Source of the DNA: Camelus dromedarius
Lineage: Eukaryota
Direction: 5' to 3'
DNA length: 64,000 nt
Assembly (NCBI RefSeq): GCF_036321535.1
Contig: NC_087437.1
Location: 24,492,001-24,556,000, forward strand
Shown here: one piece after another, positions 37,381 through 52,869 of the stretch
How the letters are laid out: the number at the start of each line of letters is the position of its first letter
Position numbering within the stretch: position 1 is the first letter of the stretch
The notes under the pieces: model-generated
The model's database searches: none
Seen by the model: only the letters and a program-made list of their open reading frames with translations
What the model was told of the DNA's origin: nothing
Translations under genes and position numbers: made by a program

Positions 37381-40300
37381 TCTTTTTTTTTTTTTCCTAT
37401 GGTGGAAGTCTTAAGTTTGATTAGGGAAGAAGAGAAAAATAAACAAAATGAAATATAGTGTTTGAGTTGAGAAGAGTTCTAGATACCAGCAGATGCTTCC
37501 ATTAAGAAACCAGCCGATGAAAGGACTGACTTCTCTTTTTGTGGAGGGAAAATACCTTGTGTTCATGATCCTGTACTGGGTATTTTACAAAGTAAATCTT
37601 TTTCATAAATTAAAACTAAAATCTTTTTATTCAAAAGAATACTTATTTCCTAAATAATTCATTGATCACCCTCATTATAGTCAAAACCAGTGTGAAAACA
37701 AGAAGCCATTACAGAATTATACGTGAAACATGAATGTCCATTATAGTTTTTCTTTCTCCTAGAAAACTAATACAATGAAAATGGTCTTCAACCATAAGGT
37801 GAAGATTCGGCTCGTGGAATGTTGCACTGAAGTGTTCTCTATTGAGAATACCAAACTGCAACCTGCACCACTGAAGTTTATAAATTCTTTCATTATAAAA
37901 CATCCTTTAATATTTTATCAATATTTCCAACCCATAGTAGATAAATACTTTGAAACTTTTTCTCTTCATGGCATGATATTCCTTTATTATATGACCACCT
38001 AAATGACTTTATCCATAGAAGGGGGTTTTGGAAACAGTTTTAAGCCAAACAACTTTAGTTGTTTCTGATGAGAAGCCATTAGACATCCATCCAGTCACTG
38101 ATTCAGTCCAATTCTGTTAATCCTTTTTAATGTGTTCACATCCAATCCCTTGTGATTTTATATTTTTATTGTTCAACAGTAAGAGAGGAATAACAAGCTT
38201 GCCCGGGTTGAAACATTAAAATGGATCAGGAAAATTATTCGTACAGCTATCAGAATTCTTAGTACAAAGAGATGTACAGTAACTATTTGAGTGAATTCAA
38301 ACTTATTTTCTCACCCCCCACCCCCAAAATAAAAAAAGGACATGCTGCACTTCCTTAACCACTTTTGTCCCCAAGCTGTCCCCAAGCATTGCACATTGGA
38401 ACATACTCGAGTTATTCAGATGGGTCATATGTAGGGGCCTTGATCTGATTCACTGTAGTTACCTCTAAAAGGCCACATTCTCACATTTTGTAACATATAT
38501 TTAAAGGTGAAAAGAAAATTTCTGTATCAATTGTGAAGGAAAAAAAATGAATGATTTCCGACAACATTAAGCAGATTCTACTTTCTAGACTTCCTCACTT
38601 CTGGGAGCCTGTGAAAATCAAAATATGATGACTCTTCACATAGTAGAAGCCAAGCAGGTCCATCACTTTATCTGTCCTTAATATCTAATTCAAAAGTAAC
38701 CAGCTACATTCGCAGCAGGGCTTACTAGATAAATTAATTCAAAGCCCCTTAGCACCCTTACAATAACTAGAATTAAACTTTCCTTGTCAGGAGCTTAACT
38801 ATGGCAAAAATTTAAATTAAAAATGTCTTTTTGAAAGTTTCAAAATTAATAAACCCAATTCATTTGTGACACTAGAGACAATTTAAGTTTTGCAATTAAA
38901 TAACCAAAGGAAAAGTCATATGAAATCCTTTTCCTGAATGCCTTAAAAGTTAAAGAATCATGCTTAAAATGAAAAGTCCTAGGTTTTCCACTTTTGATAA
39001 GCTATCTGTTAGTATCTTGGTGATAATATATTTTCATCATTAAATTTTTAATATAATAAAATAATGCTCCCTATATTTATTTAGCTACAAATTCTTTAAT
39101 ACACAATTATGTGCTTACATATAATAAGAACTGTGGCTAAACATTTGTAAGTAGAATATTATTTGGAGCTTTAAATTATATACATTTAGAAGGCCGGTGT
39201 GTTTTGTTAGTTCTGGAAATAGGTCACTTCCTCAGTGTTAATTACTTACAGTCTAAGTACAAAGAAAACTAATCAAAAAATTTTGCTAATATTAACATCC
39301 TTTTGGTTTTATTCTCCTATTTGATTTTTAAAAAGGATTTTTGGAAACTCATGATCATGGAAGGTTCACCCTATATTATAATTAATTAAAAAACAATTTT
39401 TGAATGCACATTATCCAATGTTGTATTTCTCACATGATAACAGATGTAAGTTTTTTCAACTCGTTGTTTGTCTAATCTTCAGGATGTATTTTTAGAAATA
39501 TATTTAAAATATTTTTGGATCAAATGAAAGTGTCTCTCCTATTCTTACTACTGCCAAGCCTATGATTTACACACAGTTTAATTATTCAGATGTTTATTAT
39601 GTTCTACATAATGAAATTTGGACCCTCATATTTTCTTCCTACATGCTCAGTGCAGGCTGCAATTATAGCCACAGATATCTGTTTATTTGATGAATTTTGC
39701 TTCTTCTGCATAGTTTGATAAATATGGAAATAAGTCAAAACCTACTTTATATACAGTAATTAAAGTGAAAAATCTAGTCATGATGCAAATCCTTAATTGG
39801 ACTCCAGGAGAGATATGCAGAATTTCTCTTTAATAATATGGGATGACTGGGGACAGAAAAACAAAGCACACTAAAATATGGTTTAGAAGCACAATTAATC
39901 ACAAAACAGAAAACAACCAATTTAGCATAGCTCATTCAGTGACTCTCATGGCTCAGGTAATGTTCTTTTAATCATCCGGCTCTAATATTAAAGTTGTGTC
40001 ATGTGCATCTGAAATAAAATACAATATATATGCTGATCTTCAGTGTGAAACGTGTTCTTTGGTCTAATTTGTAAACAGAGCCCTTTCATAATAAAATGCT
40101 TAGACTACTTAATGACATATAAGTGAATGATCAAAGCAGTACAAAATGGTTTTAAATGTATTCTTTAAATATATTAAATTTTAGACAAAAATAAATAAAT
40201 AAATAAGCCTTCAGGGTTCATGACAAGTTTTTAGTTCCTGTGAAAATTTTATTTGGTCCTCATAAAGTAGAAACGACTAGCCAAGACATGTTTTAGTCTT

Positions 40301-43300
40301 GTGACATATAAAGGATACACTTGTTCAGTAAAATTAAAGGAATGCATCCTAAGATGGTGTAAATGTATCTAGAAAACAAATCAGAAAAACATCTATGTAA
40401 TCTAAAGCTGTAAGTACTTGTTTTCATATGCAATACTTTCATTTCTCTAATCAGCTAAAAATCAGCCACTGTTGTCTCCTAATTTGATTATAAAGATATT
40501 ATTCTCCATATAGGTTTTTGTAACATCTCATTAAAGGTATAATTGTATGAGTTGGCTTAACCAGAAAAAGCTAGATTTATCGTGTTACTTTGTTTAAATA
40601 GAAATCCCATTATTCTGTTTTTCTGTGGAACATATCTCAGCCCCATGGTAAATGAAGGAGAGCCCTGTGTTAGAATTTGGAAAGGGTCTGTCTCCAAAAT
40701 TATCCTGAATTTCCCAAGTACAACTCAAATGCCTGTGTCTGTGTCCTGAGAGGAGCCCAAAGAGAGGCTTATGCCTCCATGCCTCATAGGCAATTGATGA
40801 CATTATCACAAGGATCATTTTTCTGCTCCCCAGATGTGTCCATCAGGAAAAACCATGACCACAGCCTCCATGCTGAGAGCAGCTGAAATCAGAGAGGCTT
40901 GATGTCCAGGATTCAAATCACTGCAAAACTCTTTCTAGCCCAGGACACCTAACCTACCCAAATAGATGAAAGGAACCAAAGACAACTGAGTTTAGATGGA
41001 GTCTTCTCCTGGTTTCCCAAGATGCCCTGACATCTCTATGAGGCACCTGCCATAAAACTTAAAGGCTTCAGGGAGGCTGCCCTTTGATGTCTCTTAATGA
41101 CAGCCGGCCAGCCTTTGATGTGGTCCTGTGGCACACGTTTTCATTTGCAAACTGAAGCACAGATTCATAGCAAACAATTTCTGCACCCGATCAAGGTAAT
41201 ATTGTTGGTGCCCATCTCTAGAAGACATGCTTACAACCAAGAAAGTGTAAATTCTATCTTGCTTTGATATATAGAAAACACCTGTATGAATTTAATTGTA
41301 ATTGACCTGATGTAAATATCCAGATTTCCCATGGAATAGGAAATTCCATGTGTAAATTTCACATTAGACAATATACTTTCCTTGTGTAATAACAATAATA
41401 ATGTGAGGAATAATACATAATAATAAGGTCCTATTCCTTTCAGATAAATACAGCAGACTTAGAAGTAAATGTACTATAATTAACTACAATACACTCAATA
41501 ACTTTCAGAAATACTTACTAAACCTTTGGTTTTCCACTTTCCATTGTAATTAGAGCTTTACTTTTGACTAAAAGTTTATTTATGTTGTTTTCCAATGTCA
41601 TATGTTCCTAATCTCAAATTTTGGAAATACTAACTACATAATAAAGGTGATCTATCCTTCTCCACACCTTTAGACATATGAGTGGTTTCTTCTTTTCTGC
41701 AGTTCAGATTAAATGAGATCACATACCTGGATTTTCCTATGTTGTTCATAAGAAGAAAAGGCAAAGAAATAAAGTCTCTCAGTAGCCCTGGAAGGCAAAT
41801 TTCTAGTTGCATTAGCTAGAGGCTTTTGAAATTCCTGCATCCATTTTGATTTTATGCGGTAAAAATAACACTACAATCCTACATCAGAAAATTGTATCTA
41901 TATTATTTAGGTAATAATCAAAGAATACAGGATAATGACTTGATAATTAGTCCTCTAATTCATTTGCTCTTTCAAACCAAAATTACTTTCTTGGTCTTAT
42001 ATTATAGAAATTGCTTTATTACTAAGAAAGTTTAACATAGGTTTCAACTGTGTCATATAGAATTGCCTTCATATCCCATAATATTTGAAATATAAAACTA
42101 CAAAATGTGATAGCTCTTTATTATCAAGATGAAATCATGCCCCCCAAAACTAAAAAATTTATTCCTGAAAATTTTAGCCCGTAGTGATGTTTCCTTATAG
42201 AGAGACATTTATTTGGGGAACTTAACAAACCTTTATAGATTTACATGTCACTAACAGGTTTTTTTCCCCATAACAAAAATCTCAAAAGTTTCATTCTGTC
42301 TCCCAGAGTGGTTGTGTTATTAGTCATACAGCCATATCCTAGGTGCCTACGTGGTCCACAGACTTAAGCTAGTTGTATTATTTAAAAATTTTTAAAAGCT
42401 AAAAGTATGCCACCCTTTTAAAAGTACAACAGGTTATTGACATCATTTCAACAAAAAAAAAGGAAGGAAGGAAAGATGGTAAGAAAGAATGAAGGGAAGG
42501 AAGAAATTACTAAAACAGTGCTTCCTAATATCTGAAAACAGTATTGACATTACCATGTAGAGACCACCTCAACCTCCTCATTGGAAATACACAGATTTAA
42601 TTGCATGTTGTAAAACCATTTTGATCCTGTGAAGCCTCAAAAAGTGCCTTTAAATTAGTATTTCTCTCTAAATAATTTATTGAAAGATGAACAAACCAGG
42701 CATTTAAAATTCTAAATGTGTTATTTTGAAGAAAAAAATGTAGATTGAGTATCTAATATTCCTTTATCACTGAAAATATCTTAGAGCTTCTAAATATCTA
42801 AAAGAAAATATAGAAAGCTATATAACATATAGTAAACATATAAAACTATAAATACCGTTTATAGTGCAATATATTACATGTCAATCATAACCAACAAACT
42901 AGCCTCTTTTTCCTCTAACAGGTTACAAATACATACGAGAATGCCAAGCTTTACAAAACAGACAAACACATGCACTCCATAAAAACATCAGAGGGCTCTA
43001 GCAGCTTCACGATCTGACAGTAAAAATTATTACTGTTCTCTGAAGACATGCATTTACAAAAAGCAAATCACATATGACCTTTCACTTTCTTTCCCACCAT
43101 CCCCACCACCCACAATTTTAGGTAGCTGGGAAGAAATTTGTTCATCATTTCGTAAATTTCAAAACCTATGCTTCGGGGAAGACTGAAAACTCCTTTGTCA
43201 CTTCTCTTCAAAATATTTCAGATTTGAAAAGTAAAGTCTCATTCACACAGTACCCAAAAATCTTGATTAATGCCTTTCAACATCTCTATTTCTCTCTCAT

Positions 43301-43799
43301 ATTTATCATATGAACATATAAATTGGAAAGGAAAAAAAATACTATTCACTTGTGAATGATAGGATTATAACTCTACTGTGAGCAGTAAGTTCCCTTTTGA
43401 GGAGATACGCTTTTGAAACTGGAAATATCTGTCAAGAATCCTAACCCTTCTGCAGGCTGTTTTGTGAAATGTTCACCATGCAAGTATAATAATCATGGTG
43501 GTGCATCCCTCCCTCAAAAAAGTTCATAGTTCTGGGTAAAGCAGAAACTCAAGCAACATAATTTCAATCATTATTTCGGGGAGAGAAAAAAAAAACGTGT
43601 TTCACAATTTAAAGATATCACCATAAAATACGTTGCTGCAAAACTATGTTAAATTTATTACTTAAGTTAATATCCATGTGATGATCACGAAGTGATTACA
43701 GTGTCTTCCTCTAGCCCTACAACCCAACGTGCAGATATGCCCCTTGTACTCAGAAATCTGCTCTTGAGAGGATACTAAGACAAGCAAGTCTCCCGTGAT

Positions 43800-43990
43800 A
43801 CTTGCTGTGTGCCAAGCGCTGAGAGCATAGGATACACATATCAACCTCACTCCTCTTTACACAGCTCATCTCAGATTTGTGCAATAGATGGAACCATTGT
43901 TACAGGATCATCACGTATATATTACAACCACACCTGTACATCTGAAGCACAGAGAGGTTAAGCACTGTAGCCTGGATCATACACTCCGAA
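43800..43990 (-). mobile_element. MIR SINE (diverged)
   Basis: ctgtgtgccaagcgctg...ctgaagcacagagaggttaag. Confidence 0.55.
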
Positions 43991-46900
43991 GGCAAAGGCA
44001 CCATTGAGACAGTACTTATTTGTCTTCCTGGGTCAGAGAAACAGACATAACTTTCTAAGTGGCCCTAAGGGCAACTAGACTTTCTAGTTTCAGCCTCCAA
44101 AGGAAGGGAGATAGACCTTGCCACCAAAGAAAGGGGGAAAGTCAGAAAGAGATGGCCGGTGAAATTAGAGTGAGGGGCAGCTGACCTCCTAGTCAGCCAG
44201 TTGCCTGAGCTGGACCCTCCTTAAACAGAAATGCTCATCGAGCTTGGAACCCCTCACCACCTCCATGAAGTCAGAGCCTCACTTCTCCAACTACAGGTAA
44301 ATACTAAACGAGGAGATGCGCCATGGGTCACCAAGCAGAAATGAACACTGGAAGATGGGCCTGACTCGGTGTGACACCTGAGATGGGGTGGGGGCAGGAG
44401 AAGCTGGGAGCAGCATGGACAACAGCAGCAGAGCAGGAAGAAGCCCAGAGTGACAAGGGAAGGAGAAAAACATTCTGCAAGGGGAATGAACCCATTCTCC
44501 AGCAGAGAAGAGGAGAGGCAAACAGACTTGCCAAGATTTGTACTGAGCACAACAAAGCCTCACTCACTGAACATTCATGTAATGGAGCACAAGGCTACAA
44601 AACCCAGCCTCAAACATCACAGACAGGTGGATGGGGACCAAAGGAACCGAAAGGATTTGAAAATAGCTGATGGAGAGTGTAGAAAGCAATGACTTAGCCA
44701 TCATCAGAAAACATTTACCCACTCCCCACGCACAAACGGGAAAAAACGTGGTCAGAGACAGTGCTGTCCTGATGCAGTCTGTAACCAATTGCCATGTTTG
44801 ATTTCATCTTTAGAAAATGGAGTTAAGAGTTTCTCTGCAGAGCTATTAGAGTGTTCTCTAGACAATCCGTGTTTAATTACAAGTTTAAGGACCTCAGTAG
44901 GGGTTTTTCATGTTCTAATAGCTAAATACAGCTGGATCCTAACAAGACACTGGACACTGGACACATGTGCAGAGATAACATGACTCAGTTGTAGGCTGAT
45001 GGGGAAAGAGACCAAACAATGCCAAGACGACCTTGGTGCTCCGTGGCCTCTGCAAGAAGATTACCAGGTTCAGTCTCTCAGTCCATTCTCCATCAGCTGT
45101 CAGACTACCCGGTACGTGCTAAAAGATTTAGGCACAACAGGGTCAGCAAGCTGATTCCAATGAAGTAGACGAGTGATACTGAGATAGGGTTATTGTTTGA
45201 GCTTAAACTCTTTTGAGCACTTTCCTTTTTCCCATCTTCATTCTTTTTTATTTTTTCCTTCTCCAGGTTTTTCTTTGTCCAGCCCTTTTTGTTTTTCTCA
45301 CCCCTAAGCATCTCCCTCCTCTTGATGTGGTTCACATCAGCCTAACAACCTCCCTCCCTGCTCACCTGTGTCAATTAGAATCTAGTTTTCCACCACAGAT
45401 TAGAAAACAGAGTGATGCTCTGGGGTCCCATAGAGTAAAATATGTGTGCCTTTCCCTCTCTCTTCCTCCTCTGAAACTCTTTTAACCTATCCTTTTGTTT
45501 TATAATTTTTGTTTTTTAAAAGCTCTAAAAATATATAGGAGAAGGATTCACGCTTTTCTTTCCAGTTCAAATGTACATACAGAAGTATTTAGCATTTGCC
45601 CTAAACAGAAGTTGCTAATTTGAAAATCTATTTGAATTCTATCCAATTAGCATAAGATATGACAATATAAAGTCTCTTTCCTGTAATAGAAAGCCTTCTA
45701 TTTTAGAAAAAGCTAACTGATAGAAATTAATACAAACAGAAAGTATCATCTCTTTAAAATCCATTATATTTGCATTTGTAAATTCCACTCCCATGCAGTC
45801 CTCATTATCTGTTTTTAGTTGATGCCTGTAGCTCTGTACTCATCTTTCCAATTTTCATGAAGGAATTTTTATTTCTTTCAATTACATATATTCTCAATAT
45901 TTTAGTTGCCTCTCACTTCCTTCCAACAAAAGGCCAAAAGTCATAGTTTTGTCATGTTTTTGCCATAATAAACATTATAGCTAATGTCCTTTGTCTAAAT
46001 TGTTCTTCATTATCCTCTGCATCCTTGTGGTGGTGGTTTTTTGCGTTATACTCTTCCTAGCATTGCATCTCCATTCTCCTGAATATCTAATGTGTTGATA
46101 TTATTTTCTGAGACTCATTATTTCTAGCACTCTACCCAGAGTAAACAACATATATTCCATTATTTTCAAAATTGCTTTTCAACTGTATTTAGGAAAGTTT
46201 GAATAATTCAATGACTATGATTCATGACTCGGAAATTCTTTTTTGGTTGACCAGGGCAAATCAGTGTAAATATAGCAACTGTACAGACATTAGTGGAAAG
46301 TAAATTATTTCAAAGACTCTATGTTTTTAAGTTCTAAGAAAAATGAGTCAAAATATATTTTTAAATGCAAAAACCAAAATGTCATGATTTTTCCTATTTA
46401 GAGAAATTTATTTTCAATAGAAGACTTGGAGAATGCAGAACTCTTCTGAAGTAAATCTTAAATTCCTGTTCTTTTCATTATTCTACTCTGTTATTATACT
46501 GCTTTCAGTGTATAAACAGCCAACCAGGAATGGGATGGATAAAAGTTATTTTTGTGGTTTTTATTTTGGTGTTGCCCTGGTAAGTTCAGAAGAAAAATGA
46601 AAAATCTTTTAGGAATTAAACCCAGTCACCACTTGACATATATGCACCATTTGAATAGCAAAATCATCACTACGTGTATCAAGCAAATAAAATACTCCTT
46701 TCATATGTTTAACTATAAAAATATTAGCTGTCATGTCTGGTGATTTTTACACGGCCTTGAAATTCAAACCATTATTCTTTTAAATGACTTCTGCCTATTT
46801 TTTTGAGGGCAAGTGGGTTGATGGGAGAAATTATTATCATGAATAAGAGAGAAATTTTGTGCAAGGTGATTTGTAATTATCAAATCTAGAACCAAGACAA

Positions 46901-49161
46901 AATGCTAAATTTTAACACCCTATTATTGTTGAACAGTTCATGGAAACTTATACCACAAATGAAAAATTACTGGCTTACACATAATTTTCAAATCATACTA
47001 AAAATTAAACTCTATGTCATATCCAAGGAAAAAAACCTATGCAAAGAAATATTTTCAACAAGAGCCACAAGGATTACAAAAGAAGATGGTGTTCAGTCTG
47101 CTTTTACTAACATTGTATTTTTCTGCCCAGGAGCCAACAGCAGCCTCAGGTGTGCTCTTTAAATTATGGCAAAAGTTACACTTTCAGCATACACAGATCA
47201 CAGCCCCAAAACTAAAACTGGAAGACAATCCCAGTCTATTTGAGCAAATTGAAAGGTGGCGAGGAGAGAGGGCGAGAGACCCATGTTACAAAATAAAAGC
47301 AACTTTTCTCAGATAGAACCAGCATCTCAACACCAGCTTGGCTCTAGAAACTGCAGATATTATCGGATTGAAGGTATTGATTCCCAAAGGAAAGATGCCC
47401 ACTGTCAGGAGGCTAATGTTTCACGGAAAAACAGTTTATTTTCTATTTAAAGTTTGTTTTTGACAAATGCCATGATGTAATGGATAATCTTAGCACACTG
47501 ATGCTTATTTATTGGGGAAGGGGAGGCCCTGAAATGGCTGGATACTGTAATATGTAGTATTTTATATACTCAGCTAACGTTAGAAATGATTAAGATAGCT
47601 CCATGTCTCTAGAGGAAATTTCAGAGAAAAGGTCTTTCCAGGCAAGCTTAAGTAGGCAGGGATCTATTTTGAACAGGGATTGTTAGGTGTTCTGAATACA
47701 GAGAGGTCACCCCCCTGCTGTTTGAAACGGCATCAACTGAAAAACCTGGGAAAGAAGTTGCCAATCGCTACCGAGGTAGTCAGCCTACTGGTGGAAAGCT
47801 GGCCACAAGCCAAAAACTTTTAAAGTCACATACACCCAGTTTCCAATTTCATTACTACTACTACTATTATTATTGCAAGCCTGATCTATAAACAATGATG
47901 TGAACCATTTCCGTGAACTCTATACACAGCATTCTCATTCCTGGCATTGGAAATAATCGTGCTACTACCTCTTACCTCTGTTGTTAAAATTCTGATCCTT
48001 GAAGTTGTTGCCAAATCCCACAGTTAGGTTTACATAGTCAGAAATAAAATACAAACCAAAAGCGATCAATGAGAGGATGGCAAACTTTCAGACTTGAACA
48101 CATCTATGGATGAATTCTTATCTTTCATATTATTTTGAATGAAGACCTCAGAGGAGCACTTTCTCCATCTATTTCTTTTTTACTTCATGGGAAATAATAG
48201 TAAACCAAGGTATGTAAGGGACATCTCAATATCTCTTATATATCTCTTGATACAAAATGACATCTCTATGATAGAATGATTTTTGCTAAATCTCCATTTT
48301 AACAGAGATTCGAGTTTAAATGAAGACTAGCTGTTGGTTAAAAACCAAGCCTACATGTTTGCCTATAGGACTTTAAGTTGATGAAGGTATACATTCATTA
48401 TCTTTCTGCATCAGGGATGCTCAAAAGACAGATCAGTCTGAAGAGGTTAGAAAAGGATGGAGAAGAGATAAGGTTAGTAATGGCATGAGACAAATCCCAA
48501 AGGGCAATCACTAGTGCTTCACCCCACTGTAGGGAGATGAAATGGACAAGAATTCACAACAGAAGTGAAAAACAAAAAGTCAGAGGATGGCAAAGGCTTT
48601 GTTTACTTTACCACTATTACCCATAATCAGAAAATACTGTGCCACTAAGACAAAGATACACGTGGCAAAAATCCACAAAACATTTCATATCTCACAGCTG
48701 TTAGTCTGATCTACAAACTCCAACATATTCTCTCAATAAACTTTCTATGTTTTAAAAAGAAGAGGTTCAGTTATAAGTGATTAGTCTTTATTTATGTTAC
48801 CATAATTCACCTTTTTCCTCAAAATTCACATCATTTGGCAGACATACTAAATCTCTTTTCCAGACTTATTAAATCTCTTTCGTGCTAATGTACTCACTTC
48901 CTACAATTTGCACTACATTACCCCAAATTTGTCCTCACTCTGCAAGAAGTGCTTCATGAAGACTCTCATTGTTTGCCAAGAAATTAACTCTCAAGAACAG
49001 GCAGAGGTTCCTATACAAGTGCTAATGAGCGCCTGGCTCCCACACAGCAGTCCCGCCACTGCGGCTCCCACACAACAGTGTTAATAAGTATTTAACACCT
49101 TTAGGGAGGCCTCCTGGGTGGAGGACAAAGCCCCTGAAGGAGGATGTTCTAATCCTCAGCC

Positions 49162-49330
49162 CCAGTGGTTCTCAACCGCTGGCATGTTTGGTAGATTTCA
49201 GAATCACCCAGGACACTTCCTAAAATATAGACGCTGGGGTCCCTTTACCAAAGAACCTGATGCTGTGGAACTGGGGTGAGACCCAGGAATCTTCATTTTA
49301 TCTGTCCATCTCTACCTGCAATTCTAACAC
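49162..49330. mobile_element. MER5A-like hAT-Charlie DNA transposon
   Basis: cagtggttctcaacc...cagaatcaccca...ctggggtgagacccaggaatct. Confidence 0.75.
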
Positions 49331-49339
49331 GGTTAGTTC

Positions 49340-49457
49340 ATAGATACGGTTTATCCTGGATGATCCCAGTTTCTGCTTGCCATCTTGACATGATTATTAA
49401 CAGGCGACCCTTTGATTCTCAAAGTCTCTTTGTTTTGACACAGATTATATAGTCACC
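49340..49457. mobile_element. MER94-like hAT-Blackjack element
   Basis: gattattaacaggcgaccctttgattctcaaag...attatatagtcacc; homologous to 52615-52743. Confidence 0.6.
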
Positions 49458-49809
49458 AAGATTGGACCCAACACTACTGAGTCACCGGCATGGACGACAT
49501 ATGATTGCCCCTATGCTTTGTCTTTGTCTTTGAGGACAGAAAGTGGTCCTTACTGTTCTTCAGACCTGTCAGATAGAAATCGCTGGGGCAAAATGAGACA
49601 GAAACTAACATGGGGAATACCTGAGGGTGGGAGCAAAACAGACAGGGCAGTCAGGGAAGTCCCGGCTGAAGAGGTGACCTCAGGGGCCAGAGACCTGAAG
49701 CGTTAAGTGCAGAGGAGAAACAGAACTTAAGTTAGTATGAGCTGAAGGGCAGAATGGGATAGGAAAAGGTCAGAAAAACAATCATCATCAAACTGGCAAA
49801 GTTCTGTGA

Positions 49810-50275
49810 GCCAAGCGCAGTTGTAAACCCTTGATATACATTAATTCATCTAATATTTATAATAACTCTAGAAATGAAGTCATATTCTTACCATTTTACA
49901 GATGAAGACACAGAAACCTGGAGACTTAAGTAACTTGAACAAAGACCCACAGGTAGCAAGAGACGAAGCCAAGATTTGAAGTCAGGCAATCTGGTTCCAA
50001 AGTCCATGCTTTCAAACCATCTGTCAACGATGGTGATGATAAGAGTAGGAGTCATTAAAGTCTTAATAATAACAGCGGCTAACCTTGAATGAGTGCTGAC
50101 TATTACACTCCTTTTAAAGGACACTTCAGGGGTAATCTCATCTCATCCTTACAACGTCTTTTGGAGATAGGTACTATTATTTTCCCTATTTTACTTATGA
50201 GAAAAGCTGAGGCACAAGGAGGGGCTTATAACCTGCACTTGGTCACAAGTCAGCAAGTGTCAGAGCAGGACTAGA
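49810..50275 (-). mobile_element. Two tandem MIR SINEs
   Basis: Two cores: ccattttacagatgaagacac (about 49890) and cctattttacttatgagaaaagctgaggcaca (about 50185). Confidence 0.8.
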
Positions 50276-52614
50276 TCACAATGAGCCTTGCAAACAATGA
50301 AGTCATATTGAATTAGACAAGTTGGGCCTTTTCCTATACACATTTTTGCTCTTGAAAGAAAGTCTCAGTGATTTTCCAGTAACTTTCCCATCTTTTCTAT
50401 ATCGTTAAAGTGGAATTTTAGTATTAGCTTCGGAGTCTCCTGCAAACCACTTAAGGTTCTTTTTTGTAACATCTAAATTCTTCTTTTCTCCTGAACCATC
50501 ACATCGTAGGGGCTACCTTATTCTCCCTCGGCACATTTCCACTTTTCTATGTTGTGCAGTCGAACTGTGCTTTTGCTTTCATTTTGATGCTTAACAAGGG
50601 ATGGTTGGTGACAAAGACCAGATCTTTATGATTCTATGGTTTAAATTAAATATCGAAAGCCTGGTCTCTGCAAAGAGAAGTGGAGGCCCAGTTCTTAAGT
50701 CTCCAAGGACACAGCAGTGGGGGAATGTGTAGCTGTGTGGCTCTAAAACAAGGTACAAAGCAAGAAATGCCCTCGTGGGCATCTCATCAGCTCACAAACC
50801 TCATCCCCACACTCCCACACCCTCATCTCAGAGCACATGGGTTTTTTCCATACAAAAGCCACTTAAGGTTATTATTCTGTACTTGCTTTTTCCCTTTAAA
50901 GTTGTTCTTAAGATTGTTTGAAAAGGAACATCATCTGCATACAAAGCTGGGGCTGAGAGATCTACAGGAATGAGCCCTCCAGCCTCTAGAAACAGTCGGG
51001 AAGCAAAATCAGTAGGGTTGGTCTAGGGCTGCTAATTCCAGCTTTTTTGCAGACCGGATGATTTTGTAAAGCAATTTGCTCAGAAAATTAAAACATTATC
51101 TCATTAGCTTCTTCAGTATCATTTCACAAATCATAATACATCCGAGCACAGAGAGATTAAGTGACTTGCTGAAAGTCACAAAAATCAAATGGTGAATGCT
51201 AGAAATAAAGAAATAAAATACATGAGCAGGACACCTTTGTGCTAAGACAAAGAGATGGCAGTCTGTCAATCTGTATCGAATCACACCAAGATGGGAGGAA
51301 GCACACCCAGAGAACAATTCCCAGAAACAAAGCAGAAGCTGACTGGACTTGATCTAATCAAAATCTAGCAAGTGTGCTGGAGAAGTCATCCAGGTTTAAA
51401 TTTTTAAAAAACCATTAGTTGTCAAATTAGATCGAAGATGAAAGAAAAAAATTGCCTTTTGCTGAGACCTACTGCTAAATTTGGTCAATTTTGTTGTTTA
51501 TCAGAGCATAAAGTCCTTACACTTACCATCTGACAAATCTGAAGGAAAAAAAAAAAAAAACAAAAAAAAAAACCTCTTGCTGCAATCAGGTGAAGTAGGT
51601 TATTAATGGTTCTGAACAGATACACAGGATTGCCTCATCCTGAGGCAATTAAGGCTGGGAAGAAATTGTGTTTAAAATCTCTGAGGATTGACTATGGAAC
51701 AGGTTGTCTTCCTACAATTGGCATTGTTTGTATAATTTTGAACCACTCAATACATTTCATCTTTTTAACAAATCACTCATGAATGTAGAGGTCTCCTATT
51801 TTTTTTTTTTTTTTTTTGTTAACGCCAGCTCGACAACAACAAAAATTACCCAAAGAAAGCTGGAGATTTTACAAAGGAAAAACAAAGGCAAAAATTAATA
51901 ATAATTAGCATTATAACACTTCATGCCATTGAGCTCTGAAGAAAATTGAGACAGACTATTGAAACTAAAAACATAAATCAAACAAAAACAAAAGTTTCAG
52001 GTATGCTTTGTACGTTAAATCCCTACCTCACTTTGACACTGACAACTCCATCTGATGATACATGCCTATCAAAATTGCAAAACACAGCACTTGTAAATTA
52101 CTGAGGACAAATTTCTTGGGAGAGAACGCTTACTATTTCCCAGCACAATAATCTAGGCAAACAAAATCAATCCAACACCCAAGTTTCCATTGTACGTTAC
52201 TTCCTCTAGGAATCTGTCCTCCTCCACCTCTCCCCAGCACACATACAAACAAGCGCAGAATGAGATCAGATGGTCCTAAATGATTTCCCAAAGTGTCCTG
52301 TCCTCCCCTCATTCTAGCAGACATCACACATTATTGCCATTGATTATACAATTTACTGTCTTTTCTGGTATCAAAGTATATTCACCCTCAAATAACAGAA
52401 TCCCGAATAAAATGACTAAATGAGGATATTTATTTCCTACCTAAGATGAAGATGGGAGATGGATGGATCAAGACAGTCACTGAAGGACCAAGTTTTTTCT
52501 TGCCTTTCTATCATCCTCAGCTAATCAGCTCTTCCCTTCATGGTCACAAGATGCCTACAGCATCTCTCCAGACAGACATGGGGTGGAATCCTGGTTGAGT
52601 CAAATACATACTGA

Positions 52615-52743
52615 GTAGATAACCTCATGTCCTGGTTTGTCTGGGGAATTTCCCTTATACACCAGTTGTCTGGGCTTAATTATTCACAGTACTCCCTTTC
52701 GTGCTCCAAAGTGTCTCTGAATGAGAAATTATATGGTCATGCT
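52615..52743. mobile_element. MER94-like hAT-Blackjack element
   Basis: gtcctggtttgtctgggg...aattattcacagtactccctttc...aaagtgtc...aaattatatggtca. Confidence 0.65.
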
Positions 52744-52869
52744 CTTGCATGTTCTGAGGAAAATGATGATGACACCTCTTGAATGAGGTACCTGTGAGAA
52801 TTAAATGGGCTATTTTATGTAAAGTGCCCAATATCTGGTTGATCTTGAATGGATGACAGCTCTTCAGAT

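Noticed and set aside
44254..44788. Cluster of overlapping ORFs on both strands
   Set aside because: Locally GC-richer, LTR-like sequence with few stops and no coherent protein signal.
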